Shown here piece after piece: positions 1 through 12,072 of a DNA stretch of 64,000 nt. The stretch is from Octopus sinensis (Eukaryota): NCBI RefSeq assembly GCF_006345805.1, contig NC_043012.1:21762001-21826000 (forward strand), written 5' to 3'. The stretch's first letter is position 1. Each line of letters starts with the position of its first letter. The notes below the pieces were generated by a model. That model did no database searches. It worked only from the letters and a program-made list of their open reading frames with translations, and was not told where the DNA came from. The position numbers and the translations under genes are program-made.

Positions 1-599
1 ACTGACTGGTTTGGTTTGTGTAGTAAACGTTTCATCTCGCAACCATCAAGATTACAAGAAACAACATTGCCTGCTGTTCACTTCTTTGTCGCCACTTTTA
101 TTTCTCTGTTCTTCTCTACTCTCTCTCTCTCATTCTCAGTATAGTATTTATTGTTTCCCCCCCATTCCTCCACCTTTATTCATGTTTCTTCTCTACTCTC
201 ACTGTTTAAAGGCAGTTTTTTATTATTTTTTTTTTAAATAATGTGATCGATTCTTTAAACAAAAAAAGAAAGAAAGAAAGAATAAAAGAACCTGGTATCA
301 GTTGCTACTGAATCCTATCTATACATTATTATTGTGACCAATAAAAGAAATTATTTAATAAGTCTATTGCTAGGTCATTGTTGATTTCTCGGATGGAGCC
401 ATTTCGTTTCTTTTTCATTCAAGCCACTTAATGTTCGCTTTTGAAAAAGGCTTGAACATCATCAATTCTCCTCTTCTCTCTCTCTCTCTCTCTCTCTCTA
501 TTCCCCTCTCGTTACCTTTCAAATCACTGACTTCGCCATGTCTATGTGAGAAACCATTGTATACAAGTACAATGAAAGTTGATTAGTGATAATAATTAT

Positions 600-785
600 T
601 TCTGATATGGTGTTCAAGGCCATACATTTGGTGTTTGGATACAGCCGATTTTAATTGACCCCCCAGTATTTCATTTTAACCACCCTAGCAGAATTTGAAC
701 TTAGAATGTAGAGAAATGTAACTCAACACCGTAAACCTTATTTTTTTTTTCAGGCGCTTTACTGATTCTACCTATCCCTCATTGC
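600..785 (-). mobile_element. Degenerate tRNA-derived SINE (family A)
   Basis: The reverse complement resembles the family A body (ttgaccccccagta...gcagaatttgaacttagaatgta) seen intact at 2852-3078. Confidence 0.55.
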
Positions 786-1575
786 CCTTTTATATAAATG
801 ATGATGATACTACTACTACTACTTCTATAAATAATAATGAGAATAATTTTATATCTTGAGGATATGTGATTTAAAGTGTGAAGCACTAAAGCTATGCAGG
901 AAGGAAAGTGATCTGTACGTAAGAGAACTTGTCTTCTCTGACCAAACTGCATTCTGCGACTGACTGACTTGAGTGACCATTAGTAGTTGGATCTGCTTCT
1001 TTGAGAATATTCTTACTCTACTCATGCTCACACTGCTTGCAACTGTTTAAAGAATAGCTTGTGAGAATAATTCATATAGCCATCTCTTTGTGTATTCGTA
1101 TATAATTTGTCAATTCATCTAACCGTCTATTCATTTTGTCTTCTTATATAATTGTCTATTTTTTGTCTGTCTGTCTCTTTCACTATGTGTGTGGTGTGTA
1201 TATATATTTATATATAAATATATATATAGTTGCATTTATCTATTTCAATTCGTCTGCTTCTCTAAAGATCTATCGATTTATTTATACGTTTATCAGTCGA
1301 AATACCCTTTTTTTTTCGTTTTTACTCAATTTCGTTCTAAAACTTAAACACCTTCACATTGTAACGTTCACTTAGAAATCGCTGCCCTTCTTCCGCCCCA
1401 GTTTCCACTGATTAACACACCCTATAATGAGACACCGACTTCATCTTACCCCAGTTCTATTTCGTGTATTGCTGAGTAAAACTGTGTATTTGTAGAAATA
1501 CCGTATATAAGTTGCTTTTCATTCCACATGTGTATATATGCATATTTATGTGTGTGTTTGTATATATATATATAT

Positions 1576-1706
1576 ACTTAGCGGTTCGGCAAAAGAGACC
1601 GATAGAATAAGTACTGGGCTTACAAGTCGATTTGCTCGACTAAAGGCGGTGCTCCAGCATGGCCGCAGTCAAATGACTGAAACAAGTAAAAGATAAAAGA
1701 TAAAGA
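1576..1706 (+). mobile_element. SINE family B, 3' fragment
   Basis: acttagcggttcggcaaaagagaccgatagaataagtact...ggcggtgctccagcatggccgcagtcaaatgactgaaacaagtaaaaga matches the 3' half of the full copy at 61903-62304. Confidence 0.85.
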
Positions 1707-1818
1707 TATATATATATAATTAAAAATGAGGGTGTCTGAGAGACACCTTTGTACGGTATTTTTTCCCATGCTGGCCACTTGATAATATCGATATTTAAAT
1801 ATCGATATAATCCTCATT

Positions 1819-1855
<37 letters not shown>

Positions 1856-2851
1856 TATAGTCCTTATGTAATGTTGGACTACCATTGAAGCTTACTATGG
1901 ATCAGATGTTTGGGTATGACTTACAAAGCTAGTAAAATAGCATAACAAATGGCACAAGCTTGACTTCCTAAGCGGTACTACTTTTATGCTCACAGATACA
2001 TCATGCACAATAACACAATATTAGGAATATATTTCTTTTGCCTACATATTAGCAACAGAAAGGATGCAACATATCAAGATATCAACTTGATTTGAATGCT
2101 TCCTATAAGTGGATTGTACTGAAGGCATTTACTTACTGAAGGTCAGTTGCAATACTGAACTCAATAGCAGATTATTCCACTTTTCCTCTTATGCCTCAAA
2201 AAAAAAAAAAAAAAAAAAAAGAACAATTATAGTCATTTGACAGGCTTCTGCATAGTTCTTGTTAACCAAATCTCATATCCATGAGGCTTTTTTCACCTTT
2301 GTCCAAGGTACCATTCAGTGGGATCAAACTGAGAACTCTGTCATAACAAAGCAAATTTCTGAACCAGAGAAACCATGATCATGCAGAATAATTAGAGAAT
2401 GCACCGGATTTGTTGTGACATGGTGGGATATGACCCAGTGTTAATGATTGAGAAATACCCAATGTGTGGATCTCAAAAGACATCATCAGCTCTTGTATGT
2501 AAGGGCAACGAATACAGAATATTAGAGACATTATCAGCTATCATTGTCATCATATGTGATAGGAATAAGTGATGCATAAAATAAGTAATGATGAACGCTA
2601 TTTGTGATAGTTATATTTAATAAGATGTGAGAAAATATCAGTTCATATCTGATGATGCTTGATCTCAGAAATATGTTCTACAACATTGATAGCTGATGTA
2701 CTGCAGAGTCATTGACTCCAAATCATCTGCTAAATACACACACATTGCCATATTATAAATACACACATACACAATATGTTAATATATGCATGTAGGTGTA
2801 TGTGCACATACACTAACCAAAACACATGCATGCACCTATATATGTTCTGGA

Positions 2852-3078
2852 GGCGAGCTGGCAGAAACGTTAGCACGTCGGGCGAAATGCGTAGCCGTAT
2901 TTCGTCTGACGTTACGTTCTGAGTTCAAATTCTGCCGAGGTTGACTTTGCCTTTCATCCTTTCGGGGTCGATAAATAAAGTACCAGTTTCGCACTGGGGT
3001 CAATGTAATCGACTTAATCCGTTGTCTGTCCTTGTTTGTCCCCTCTATGTTTAGCCCTTTGTGGGTAATAAAGAAATA
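2852..3078 (+). mobile_element. Full-length tRNA-derived SINE (family A) with 15-bp TSD
   Basis: A-box-like ggcgagctggcagaaacgttag, B-box-like gagttcaaattc, and body gactttgcctttcatcctttcggggtcgataaa. TSD tatatatgttctgga at 2837-2851 and 3079-3093. Confidence 0.9.
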
Positions 3079-3669
3079 TATATATGTTCTGGACAAATAT
3101 GCATGTACCCATACATTTGTATACATGTACATGCATGCACACACACACACATACATGCTCTTCCAGACATACACACACTGACATTTACACATATGCAAGG
3201 ATGTACGTGCTTATGTACATGCACCCTAAATACATTTGTGCATGCAGCAGTTACTAGCACGCACATATTCACACCAACATCCAAACAATCATACATCTGG
3301 TACACACACACACACACACACACATACACTCACTCACTCACTCACCAGCCTTACTTCTGCTGGCCTCCAATCACTTAGATACAACCTGCTTCCTGTCTAG
3401 CCTCACAGTCCTAGAAATTTCCCTTTTCTAATGGAAACACTGTTGCTTAACTGTCGATCTGACTTTGACAACACTATCTGACCCACCTTGACCAATAGCA
3501 GCCCATTTTCCAGTAACCATCTTGGACTTCTCATATTCCTCCATTCAGTCATCTGAACCTGAATGAACTAGGTTTTTGCTAAAAGCTATGAAACTTTGTT
3601 GCATGGATCTGAAACAAATTGTTTTAGATAATAATAGTAATAATTTATATGTATGTAATGTGTGCATGT

Positions 3670-3852
3670 GTTTTGCTCCCAACCCCATCACTACTTGACA
3701 ACTGTAACCTAGCAGTTCAGCTAAGGCTACCAGTAGAATAAGTGTACCAAACTTAAAAAGAAAAATATGTAGTGGGGCAATTTGTTTCACTAAAACCCTT
3801 GAAGGCGGTGCTCAGCATAACTGCAGTTCAGTGACTGAAACAAATAAAAAGA
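3670..3852 (+). mobile_element. SINE family B, degenerate 3' part
   Basis: cttgacaact...gtaacctagcagttcag...aggcggtgctcagcataactgcagttcagtgactgaaacaaataaaa. Confidence 0.7.
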
Positions 3853-4139
3853 TTTAAGATTAGTCAAATCATGTATGTCTATATATGCCTTTCATTACTT
3901 CAGGAGTTAACAAACTGGTACAACATATATCATTGGTCACTTCAATCAGCTAGGATTTTGGCCTTGCACAACCTAATTTCAGGGTGTTCGGCTTATGATC
4001 ATAAGATAGTCGTTTTGATTCTTTTGACCAAGTGGCATGTCATGTCCTTGAGTAATGCACATCATTTCATGTTCCAGTTAACTCAGCAGAAAATTAGTGC
4101 CCACCAATTACTGGTGCAGCCCTCTCCCTCTCCCAGCTG

Positions 4140-4557
4140 TCTCAGCATGGTTCTTGGTCTCAAGCATTTGTCTTATGAAGAAAGGCTGAAGACGCCGCCG
4201 CCTTGGTGATCTCATTCTTGCTCACAACATCATAAGCGGAAAGTGTAACCTCTCGAAAGAGCTGTTCTTCACTCCTGCTCCAGAGCGTCGGCTGCGGGGT
4301 CACTCCGCAAAGCTCTATCTGCGACGATTTCATCTCAATTGAAGGAGAGGGGCTTTCTCCGTCTGGGTTGCGGATCCGTGGAATAAGCTGCCGGACGAGA
4401 TAGTGAAGATGCCGACGACCGCTCGGTTCAAAGTCTCTCACTTGACCAGAAATAGCCTGAACTCTTTGTATGAACACCATCCCTGTACATAACTCCATGT
4501 CCCCCTACATGGCCTTGCTTTTTGCTTTTTGAGCCAAAAAATTAACTTAACTTAACA
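4140..4557 (+). mobile_element. CR1/L2-clade LINE 3' end (ORF2 C-terminus relic plus tail)
   Basis: Translates GLKHLSYEERLK...RLRGHSAKLY...FSVWVADPWNKLPDEIV...FK (YEERL, RGH-KL and WN-LP motifs), with stops and frameshifts. Ends in a (TTAAC)3 tail. Confidence 0.85.
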
Positions 4558-4949
4558 TCCTAGATGTTCTACTGGGTGAAAGGTTAGAAGACTGAGCAGG
4601 TGCATAAGCAGGTTACTAGTTACCGGGTCATTCATGCTTGTGAATGATAGTTGTGCCTATGTTTGGGTGTGTTTAGATTTACAAACGGGAGAAAGTGTGC
4701 ATAAAGTTAATAGATGAACAACTTCACTTTCTTTTTTAAATGTAAATATAAATATGGACCCAAACCACAATGGCTTTTTTGATGTACATGGAGCTTTGGT
4801 TATGGTACATGGACTGATGAGGAATCAAGGAGTTCTGTGATGCAAAACTATTTCAGGAAACTAGTCAGCCACTTATTGCTTATAACAAGGAGGTAACAAG
4901 ACACCTGAGAGCTTCTACAAGACAAGCTGTTGTGGATTACATGTATTTA

Positions 4950-5210
4950 TAATAATAATAATAATAATAATGAAATTATTGTATACAGTGCTCAGGTGCA
5001 CCACAACTTGTCAGAAAGTGCATATATAGTACATGCAGTAATGTAGAAATGTCTGGAAAGCGAACAATGTATGAGTTAGATACATGCTTGTGTGTGTGTA
5101 TGGAGGGGAGAAAATCAAGTGTAGTGTTGGCGAATCTCAGGAAGCATGGAAGTTTTGAAGGATGCAGTGCTCTGACAACTAACAACAATGAATGCGGTAA
5201 GATTCCAGCC
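4950..5210 (-). mobile_element. CR1/L2-type LINE 3' terminal relic
   Basis: The minus strand reads tggaatc...gttgttagttgtcagagcactgcatccttcaaaact (WN..VV....SFK), followed by a 3' UTR and an (ATT)n tail. Confidence 0.6.
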
Positions 5211-5699
5211 AAATAGAAAGTGACTTAGTAATGAAATGATTTGGTAGAAAGGGCCATAAAAGCTGAGAGAAAGGCTTGTAAATAATGGGATAAAGTTGTG
5301 AATAACAAAGAATATCAGGCAATTAGGAGAAAAGTGGAAAGAAGTTTGTTAATGTTCTCCATTGTGAGGATTAGAAGCCTGAGGTGCTCTTGGTTGCAAA
5401 ACAGTGTAACAGTTTAAATTGCAATGTTTGAAAAATGTGTTCATAATGATAGCTGTGCCCTTACTGATGCCAAATAAAGAGGCATGGGAATTTTACAAGT
5501 TGTTGAATGAGGACAATCTGTAGGTGAGTGTTGTATTATCTCAAGTTGACCTGGTAGAGGCTGATTAGTGAAGCTGACAACTATATAATTGAAGTGCTCA
5601 CTAGCTGCTATCTATGCCATATAAAGGTGGAGATAGCAGCTAGTCACTGAGCTAGTACGGAAAATATCAAGTGAAGTAGGATATGTGGTAGTTAGTCAA

Positions 5700-6485
5700 A
5701 AGATATGGAGGTGAACTAACATATCTTTTTAGGAAAATCTAGGATAAGCTGAACCTATGGATTAAAGTAGTAGAAAGGTCAGGGAACTCAAAAAAATCCC
5801 TGATCTGTAGAACATATCCATTTGAAAGAATCCCCTATATGGATAGCAACTGTATAAGTGTGTGGGATAAACCCACAAATAAACTGTAAAACTAAGAATG
5901 TAGTTTATAGCATAAAGTGTAACGAGGGACAGCGCAGAAACAGGACGACATACATTGGAGAGACAATGTAGGTGAGAGTGGATAAGGGAACACTGGTGGG
6001 AGCTCAAGGAAGAGAGAAGCTTGTCAGTGCTCTATCAACATGCTCAGTTAGAACATGAAGGCTCAGTTAATAACATAGATGTTATTATATTATTGACACA
6101 TTGAACAGACATGACTCTTGGACAGGTTACGGAGGCCATGCACATAGTAGTAGACAGACCGAGCCTTAACAAAAAGGATGAATGGAATAACACCTCCTCA
6201 CTCCACTATACTACACAACCTGACAACTGAAGATAGAATGAGAAGAAAAGGGACACACATACATGTACTAAAGTTAATGTGAAAGAAGAAAATTAATATA
6301 AATAAAGACAGTGTAATAAGCAAACCTATATTCACGTACACAAAATACATGTACTTAACACATAGAGATACACACACATAGAAAGACTAAATGGAATAAG
6401 CAGAACAAGAAGAGACACATGGGTTAGAGAGTTGCTGAAGAGGTCACATGATGTTTGATGAAAGAACTTTGACAAAGAAACTAAA
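5700..6485 (+). mobile_element. Penelope-like element relic: GIY-YIG endonuclease plus 3' region
   Basis: Degenerate NCKTKNVVYSIKC...TTYIGET...EH...SVLYQHAQLEH...QVTEAMHI...SLNKKDEWN. A hammerhead-like motif follows at 6435-6481. Confidence 0.75.
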
Positions 6486-6815
6486 ACCATATATACTCAC
6501 GGATAGGTCACACTTTTTTTGCCAAAAATTTTGATAAAAATCAGGGGTGCGAATTATCCCTTTGACATCACAGGGATCTGAAGTAGACATTTTTCTTGTC
6601 AAGTTGATACTTGTTGATTTTTTTTTTTTTTTTTTTTGCTGAGTTGATTTAACAATTAGACTACTTTTCATAAAATCACTTCTGCAAAAATTAGGGTTAG
6701 GGTTTTGAAATAAAGATGAATATTTGATAAAATTTAACAAATATTAGTTATATTTACATTAAAAAGGGCCATGTGACTCCCCAGATTATTGTGTGACCTA
6801 TCTGTGAGTCAACCG
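6486..6815. mobile_element. Tc1/pogo-like (CCGTA-type) MITE relic
   Basis: The left end ccatatatactcacggataggtcacac is an inverted match to gtgtgacctatctgtgagt near 6791-6809. Contains an internal ttagggttagggtt. Confidence 0.55.
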
Positions 6816-6874
6816 CAAATACCTACTTTGAAATAAAAGCAAATCATCCTAAAAGCAATGTGTTAGCTTGCCAT

Positions 6875-7230
6875 TTATCATGACATCACCTCAATGTCCC
6901 TGATAATCATTTGAAGACAAGTAGTGAAGAGCTCTGGATTGATAGTATCTACTTGTTTGATGTCCTTCCCAACTGGAACTTTTACAGGTGGTGACTGCAG
7001 AGGTGTACCGGCAGTACATTTTGATTCCAATTCCTTGAGAAATTTTATGTATTTTAGCATGACTCCAGCATACATGGCTCACAATATATAGACTTCAGCA
7101 CTACATCCACCTTGACACTATCAAAAACTTTCCATAATCTATAAATATTACACAAAGAGGCAGCTTATACTTTTTCGCTATGTTAGAATAAATCTTTGGT
7201 CTATCTATCATACAGTAACTCTTCCCAACT
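6875..7230 (-). mobile_element. RTE-clade reverse transcriptase fragment (pseudogenised)
   Basis: The minus strand encodes YKLPLCVIFIDY-KVFDSV (cf. FVDYEKAFDSV) and KDIKQVDTINPELFTTCLQ (cf. GVRQGD-ISP-LF). Confidence 0.75.
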
Positions 7231-7239
7231 GGAACTCCT

Positions 7240-7485
7240 GTGGAGTGTGTGTACCCTTGCTCTTGACGTCACATGATGGTTTTAAGCGAGCATCGTTGTC
7301 AAAGAAGCATCATTGCTTGTTTCCAGCCTTCCATGACAACATGTCTGGTCATTGGGAAATAGCACCTCATTTGGAAACAGGTGAGAGTTAGCAGCAAGGA
7401 AGGGTATCTAGCCATAGAAAATGTACTTCAACAAATTTTGTGTGACCCATGCTAGCACGAAAAAGTGGATGTCAGATGATGATGA
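7240..7485 (+). mobile_element. SINE/LINE 3' tail relic sharing the RTE tail
   Basis: aggaagggtatctagccatagaaaa...cccatgctagcacgaaaaagtggatgtcagatgatgatgat is the same tail as the RTE copies, in the opposite orientation. Confidence 0.6.
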
Positions 7486-7516
7486 TATATGCATAGATGT
7501 GTATGTGTGTGTCATA

Positions 7517-8045
7517 TCATCATCATCATCATCATCATCATCGTTTAGCGTCCGTTTTCCATGCTAGCATGGGTTGGACGGTTCAACTGGGGTCTGTGAA
7601 GCCAGAAGGCTTCATCAGGCCTAGTCAGATCTGGCAGTGTTTCTACGGCTGGATGCCCTTCCTAACGCCAACCACTCCGTGAGTGTAGTGGGTGCTTTTT
7701 ACGTGCCACCCGCACAGGTGCCAGACAGAGCTGGCAAACGACCACGAACGGATGATGCTTTTTATGTGCCACCGGCATGGGGGCCAGGCGAGGCTGGCAA
7801 CGGACACGAATGGATGGTGCTTTTTACGTGCCACCGGCACGAGGCCAGTCGGGGCAGCACTGGCAACGGTCATGAACGGATGGTTCTCTTACATGCCACC
7901 GGCACTGGTAACACATCTGCAATTTCCATTGATCGATTTTGATTCTGATCCTCACTTGCCTCAACAGGTCTTCACAAGTAGAGTTTTGTGTCCCAAGAAG
8001 GGAAGGTATGCATACGTAGGCTGGCTCCATCCCATGTAGAAGGCC
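7517..8045 (-). mobile_element. RTE LINE 3' UTR copy with four ~60-bp internal tandem units
   Basis: (CAT)n tail, ccatgctagcatgg palindrome, ggatgcccttcctaacgccaacc and repeated ggtgctttttacgtgccaccggcac. Same family as the copies carrying RTE coding ends at 10540 and 48192. Confidence 0.85.
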
Positions 8046-8046
8046 A

Positions 8047-8280
8047 CGTATATATGTATATGTATGTATATGTGTGGGTCTGTATTTGTTCCCCCAACAT
8101 TGCTTGACAACTGATGCTGGTGTGTTTACGTCCCTGTAACTTAGCTGTTCGGCAAAAGAGACCAATGGAATAAGTACTAGGCTTACAAAGAATAAGAACT
8201 GGGGTCGATTTGCTTGACTAAAGGTGGTGCTCCAGCATGGCTGCAGTCAAATAACTGAAATAAGTAAAAAAGAGTAAGAG
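8047..8280 (+). mobile_element. SINE family B, 3' half
   Basis: Matches 62056-62304. Confidence 0.85.
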
Positions 8281-8404
8281 TATATATATGCATGTACATA
8301 TATGTATGTATACATGCATATATATACATATATACACATGCATATATATATCCACACACATACATATATATACATATACCCACACACACACACACACATA
8401 TATA

Positions 8405-8449
<45 letters not shown>

Positions 8450-8450
8450 C

Positions 8451-8490
<40 letters not shown>

Positions 8491-8499
8491 ATATCTCTC

Positions 8500-8545
<46 letters not shown>

Positions 8546-8565
8546 TATATACACATATATATATA
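8281..8565. repeat. (TA)n/(CA)n compound microsatellite
   Basis: Direct inspection. Confidence 0.95.
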
Positions 8566-10539
8566 ACAGATGTATTAGTTTAACACTCGGGAAGTGAGAA
8601 AGTCTTTTATGTTTTGAGCCTACGCTCTTCAACAGAAAGGAACACAGAAATAAACAGGGAGAGAAAATAGACAAGGTTTAGTGGCTAGCAATCTATCATT
8701 ATATACATGTATACACGTTATTAAAAATCTCTGATGGATAAAAATAACTAAAAACAGATTAGAGATTTATAAAAAAAAATTTACTGTTATTAATAAATAA
8801 TGAGGAAAATATATTGAGAATGCATGTTCAGATTTTCCCAAAATCTAAAGGTCATTCAACTTAAAATAATAAAATGGAACAATTCAAACATTAAAGTTTC
8901 TATTGTATCATTTTATTGTTTTCTAAACAAGCTATTGTCATGATCTTAAAAGAAATTTCAAGAGATTGTTGAGTAATGTTTTTACTGCTTACAATGTTTA
9001 TAGTGTTTACAAGATCTAAGTAATATTTCAAATCTCAGAAATAAATCATACACACAGATAGATAGATGTTTATGTATCTTGCCTTGTTATAATTCTGCTT
9101 GTTTCTTTATCTCCACTTCAGTACAGTATTCTATCAAGGGAGAGAATTCAGTTATTCATTTGTCATATATATGTAACAAATATATCATATTATAAATGCT
9201 TAATGAGGTTGGAATATTTCTCTCTGAGCCAGTTTTCTACCATGGTCAGCTAGACATCCTATTTTGAAAAACTTACAGTTTATCAAACATCTGGTTTTAA
9301 ATAGTGGAAAGTAAATGAGGAAGATGTACCATGATAAAATTTTTACACAAATATTTGAATACCTGTCAAAGTTTGATAATTGTTTTTACTCATATATAGT
9401 TATTTACAGTTTTGTTCCAGACATATTAATTATTTAAAAAAGAAAAAAAATTGGTTTTGGCTTATTTTTCTGTGATCAATTAGTTTTAACTATTTAAACA
9501 TTCAAAAATAAGATTATCAAGCTTCTTGATTGTAGAAATCCACTAACAAGGCTTTGATTGGCATAGGGCTATGGTAGAAGGCACTTGTGCCAAATAATGG
9601 TTGCACTGTGTGTGTGTGCATGTATGTAAAAAAATATATATGCATACATTAATATGAATATGCATACTTATATATGTGTGTATATCTTCACATGGGTCAA
9701 ACAAAATTTATTGAGGCAGATTTTCTCCAGCCGATGAATGCCTTTGCTGTTGCCAGCATTCACCTGTTTTGAAGTAAGGTAATATTTCTCCTAGCCCTTT
9801 GAACACGAACAGCTTGATGGCCAGATTTGATTTCAAAGAAGGTAACAAGTGAATGACACCATGTTTATGATGGTGGCACTTGTTTACATCTTGGATGTGA
9901 CTTGATCACATGCACTCATGTACACATACACAAAATACATGCTCTCCTATACATACACACACACACACCATCATTATTTTAATGTCTATTTTCCTTGCTT
10001 GCATGAATCAGACAAGTGTATGTTGGGACAGGGTTTTCTACAGCTGGATGCCTTTCCAGTTGCAAATACTGTTTCCAAATAAGGTAATGATCTTCAAGTC
10101 TATTAAACAACAAACAACTGGACATATTTATATAGAGACATGTACAACACGGAAATAACCCTTTGTTTGCGAAGGTTGTGTAACATGTTAAGACATGTCC
10201 AAGAAGCTCGGACATGTTCTCACAATATACTGCAAGCAAATGATATTGTTTGGGAAGCCATTGTTAATAGACAGTAAGGAAGCTGTATGCAAAAAAAGTG
10301 AAATCATTCACACTCACTCACACATCTTTACATGTATGAGATTCTTTCAGTTTCTGTTGACCAGATCTCCTCAAAGATTTGGTTTGCTCAGTGCTGAACC
10401 TGAAACCATATGTTTAGGAAGTAAACACCTCTTAATTACTTTGCCATATTTGTTCATATATATCGTTATCATCATTATTTTTAGTGTCCACTTAACTGTA
10501 CTTGCATGGACCTGGCAATTCATGTGTGTATATATATAT

Positions 10540-11430
10540 ATCATCATCATTGTTTAATGTCCATTGTCCATGCTGGCATGTGTTGGACGGTTTGACCAGG
10601 GGCTGGCAAGCTGGAAGGCTGCGCCAGACTCCAGTCTGATTTGGCATGGTTTCTACAGCTGGATGCCCTTCCTATTGCCAACCATTCTGAGCACGTAATG
10701 GGTGCTTTTATGTGCCACCGACATGGGTGCCATTTTTGTGACACTGGTATCTGCCATGACTGCAATTTTGCTTGGCTTCATGGATCTTCTCCTCAAGAAC
10801 AACATAATGCCAAAGGTCTCGGTCATTGCCTCTATGAGGCCGAACACTTGGAAGGAGCTCAGCCACTTTGCCTCTGTGAGACCCAATGCTCGGAAGGTGT
10901 TCTTTACATGCCACCAGCACGGGTGCCAGTTACGCGACACCAGCATCAACCACAACTATGATTTCACTTGGTTTGCTGAGTCTTCTCAAGCACAGCATAT
11001 TGCCAAAAATCTCAATCACTAGTTATTGCCTCTGTGAGGCCTAAAATTTGAAGATCATGCTTCACTACCTCATTCCATGTCTTCCTGGGTCTACCTCTAC
11101 CACAGGTTTCCTACATAGTTAGAGATTGGCACTTCTTTACACAGCTGTCCTCATCCATATGCATCACATGAACATACTAGCACTCATCTCTCTTGCACAC
11201 CACATCTGATTTCTCTTATGCCTAACTTTTCTCTCAAGATGCTTACTCTGTTGAATATGCACACTGACATTGCACATCCGGCAAAGCATGCTGGCTTCAT
11301 TTCTTTCAAGCCTACGCATTTCCTCAGCTGTTACTGCCCATATTTCACTGCCATGTAGCATAGCTATTCACACACAGGCATCTTACAATCTGCCTTTCAC
11401 TCTGAGTGAGAGGCCTTTTGTTGCCAGTAA
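10540..11430 (-). mobile_element. RTE LINE 3' fragment (ORF C-terminus plus 3' UTR)
   Basis: MLHGSEIWAVTAEEMRRLERNEASML..., then degenerate GRGRPRKTW-EVV-HDL---GLTEAMT, then the 3' UTR and (GAT)n tail. Confidence 0.85.
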
Positions 11431-12006
11431 CAATCTCCATGTTTGCATTGGGCCAGACAGGTTAATTTTCTATAGCTGAATGCCTTTCCTGTCACTAACC
11501 CTTACCTGTTTCCAAGCAAAGTAATATTTCCCCAGGCCTGGCATGTTTTTGCAGAATGAATGACACTGCTTTTAGGCTAGTAGCATTCATTCATTGTGTA
11601 ATAGTGTCAAGACAAAGACACACAAACATATATACATTCTCTCTCTCCCTCACATATACATGTGCAGGCATCTCTTTGTGCTCAACTATGTGGTTTCATC
11701 ATTCATCTTTAGTCATATTAAACTTGTACCAATAGTCATGTGTCTTACTATAACACCAGGCCCATAATACCTTGCACAGAAAATGTTGTAAAGCCTTCAT
11801 CATATCTATGTGTTTGTTTGTGCAGGTTGATATTTTCTTTGTGACGCTTTGAATGAAGCAGGGATCATGTTTACAAACCATGTCATCACAGTTAGTCATT
11901 GTGTGTTTTTGAAGACTGGTTGTAGAATTTTGAAAAACAGATTAAAGTGGGCAACAAGAAGAGCTTCCAACAGTAAAATCTTGCCTCAGATCAATCTCTC
12001 CCTAAG

Positions 12007-12009
<3 letters not shown>

Positions 12010-12070
<61 letters not shown>
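12010..12070. repeat. (TA)n microsatellite
   Basis: Direct inspection. Confidence 0.95.

Positions 12071-12072
<2 letters not shown>

Noticed and set aside
418-456. Hairpin ttcaagcc...ggcttgaa as a pre-miRNA or terminator
   Set aside because: An 8-bp stem with a large loop is expected by chance.
2588-2652. C/D box snoRNA (ATGATGA...CTGA)
   Set aside because: No convincing rRNA/snRNA antisense element (at most 8 nt), and such boxes are frequent by chance in (GAT)-rich DNA.
2533-2697. 15-bp inverted repeat atcagctatcattgt / acattgatagctgat as a MITE
   Set aside because: No TSD or second copy in the window; insufficient support.
6691-6704. Interstitial telomere (TTAGGG)2
   Set aside because: Only two units, inside a MITE relic where such motifs are common.
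7690-7910. CRISPR-like repeat-spacer appearance (ggtgctttttacgtgccaccggcac plus ~35-nt spacers)
   Set aside because: The spacers are homologous to each other, the block recurs inside RTE LINE 3' UTRs, the context is eukaryotic and there are no cas genes.
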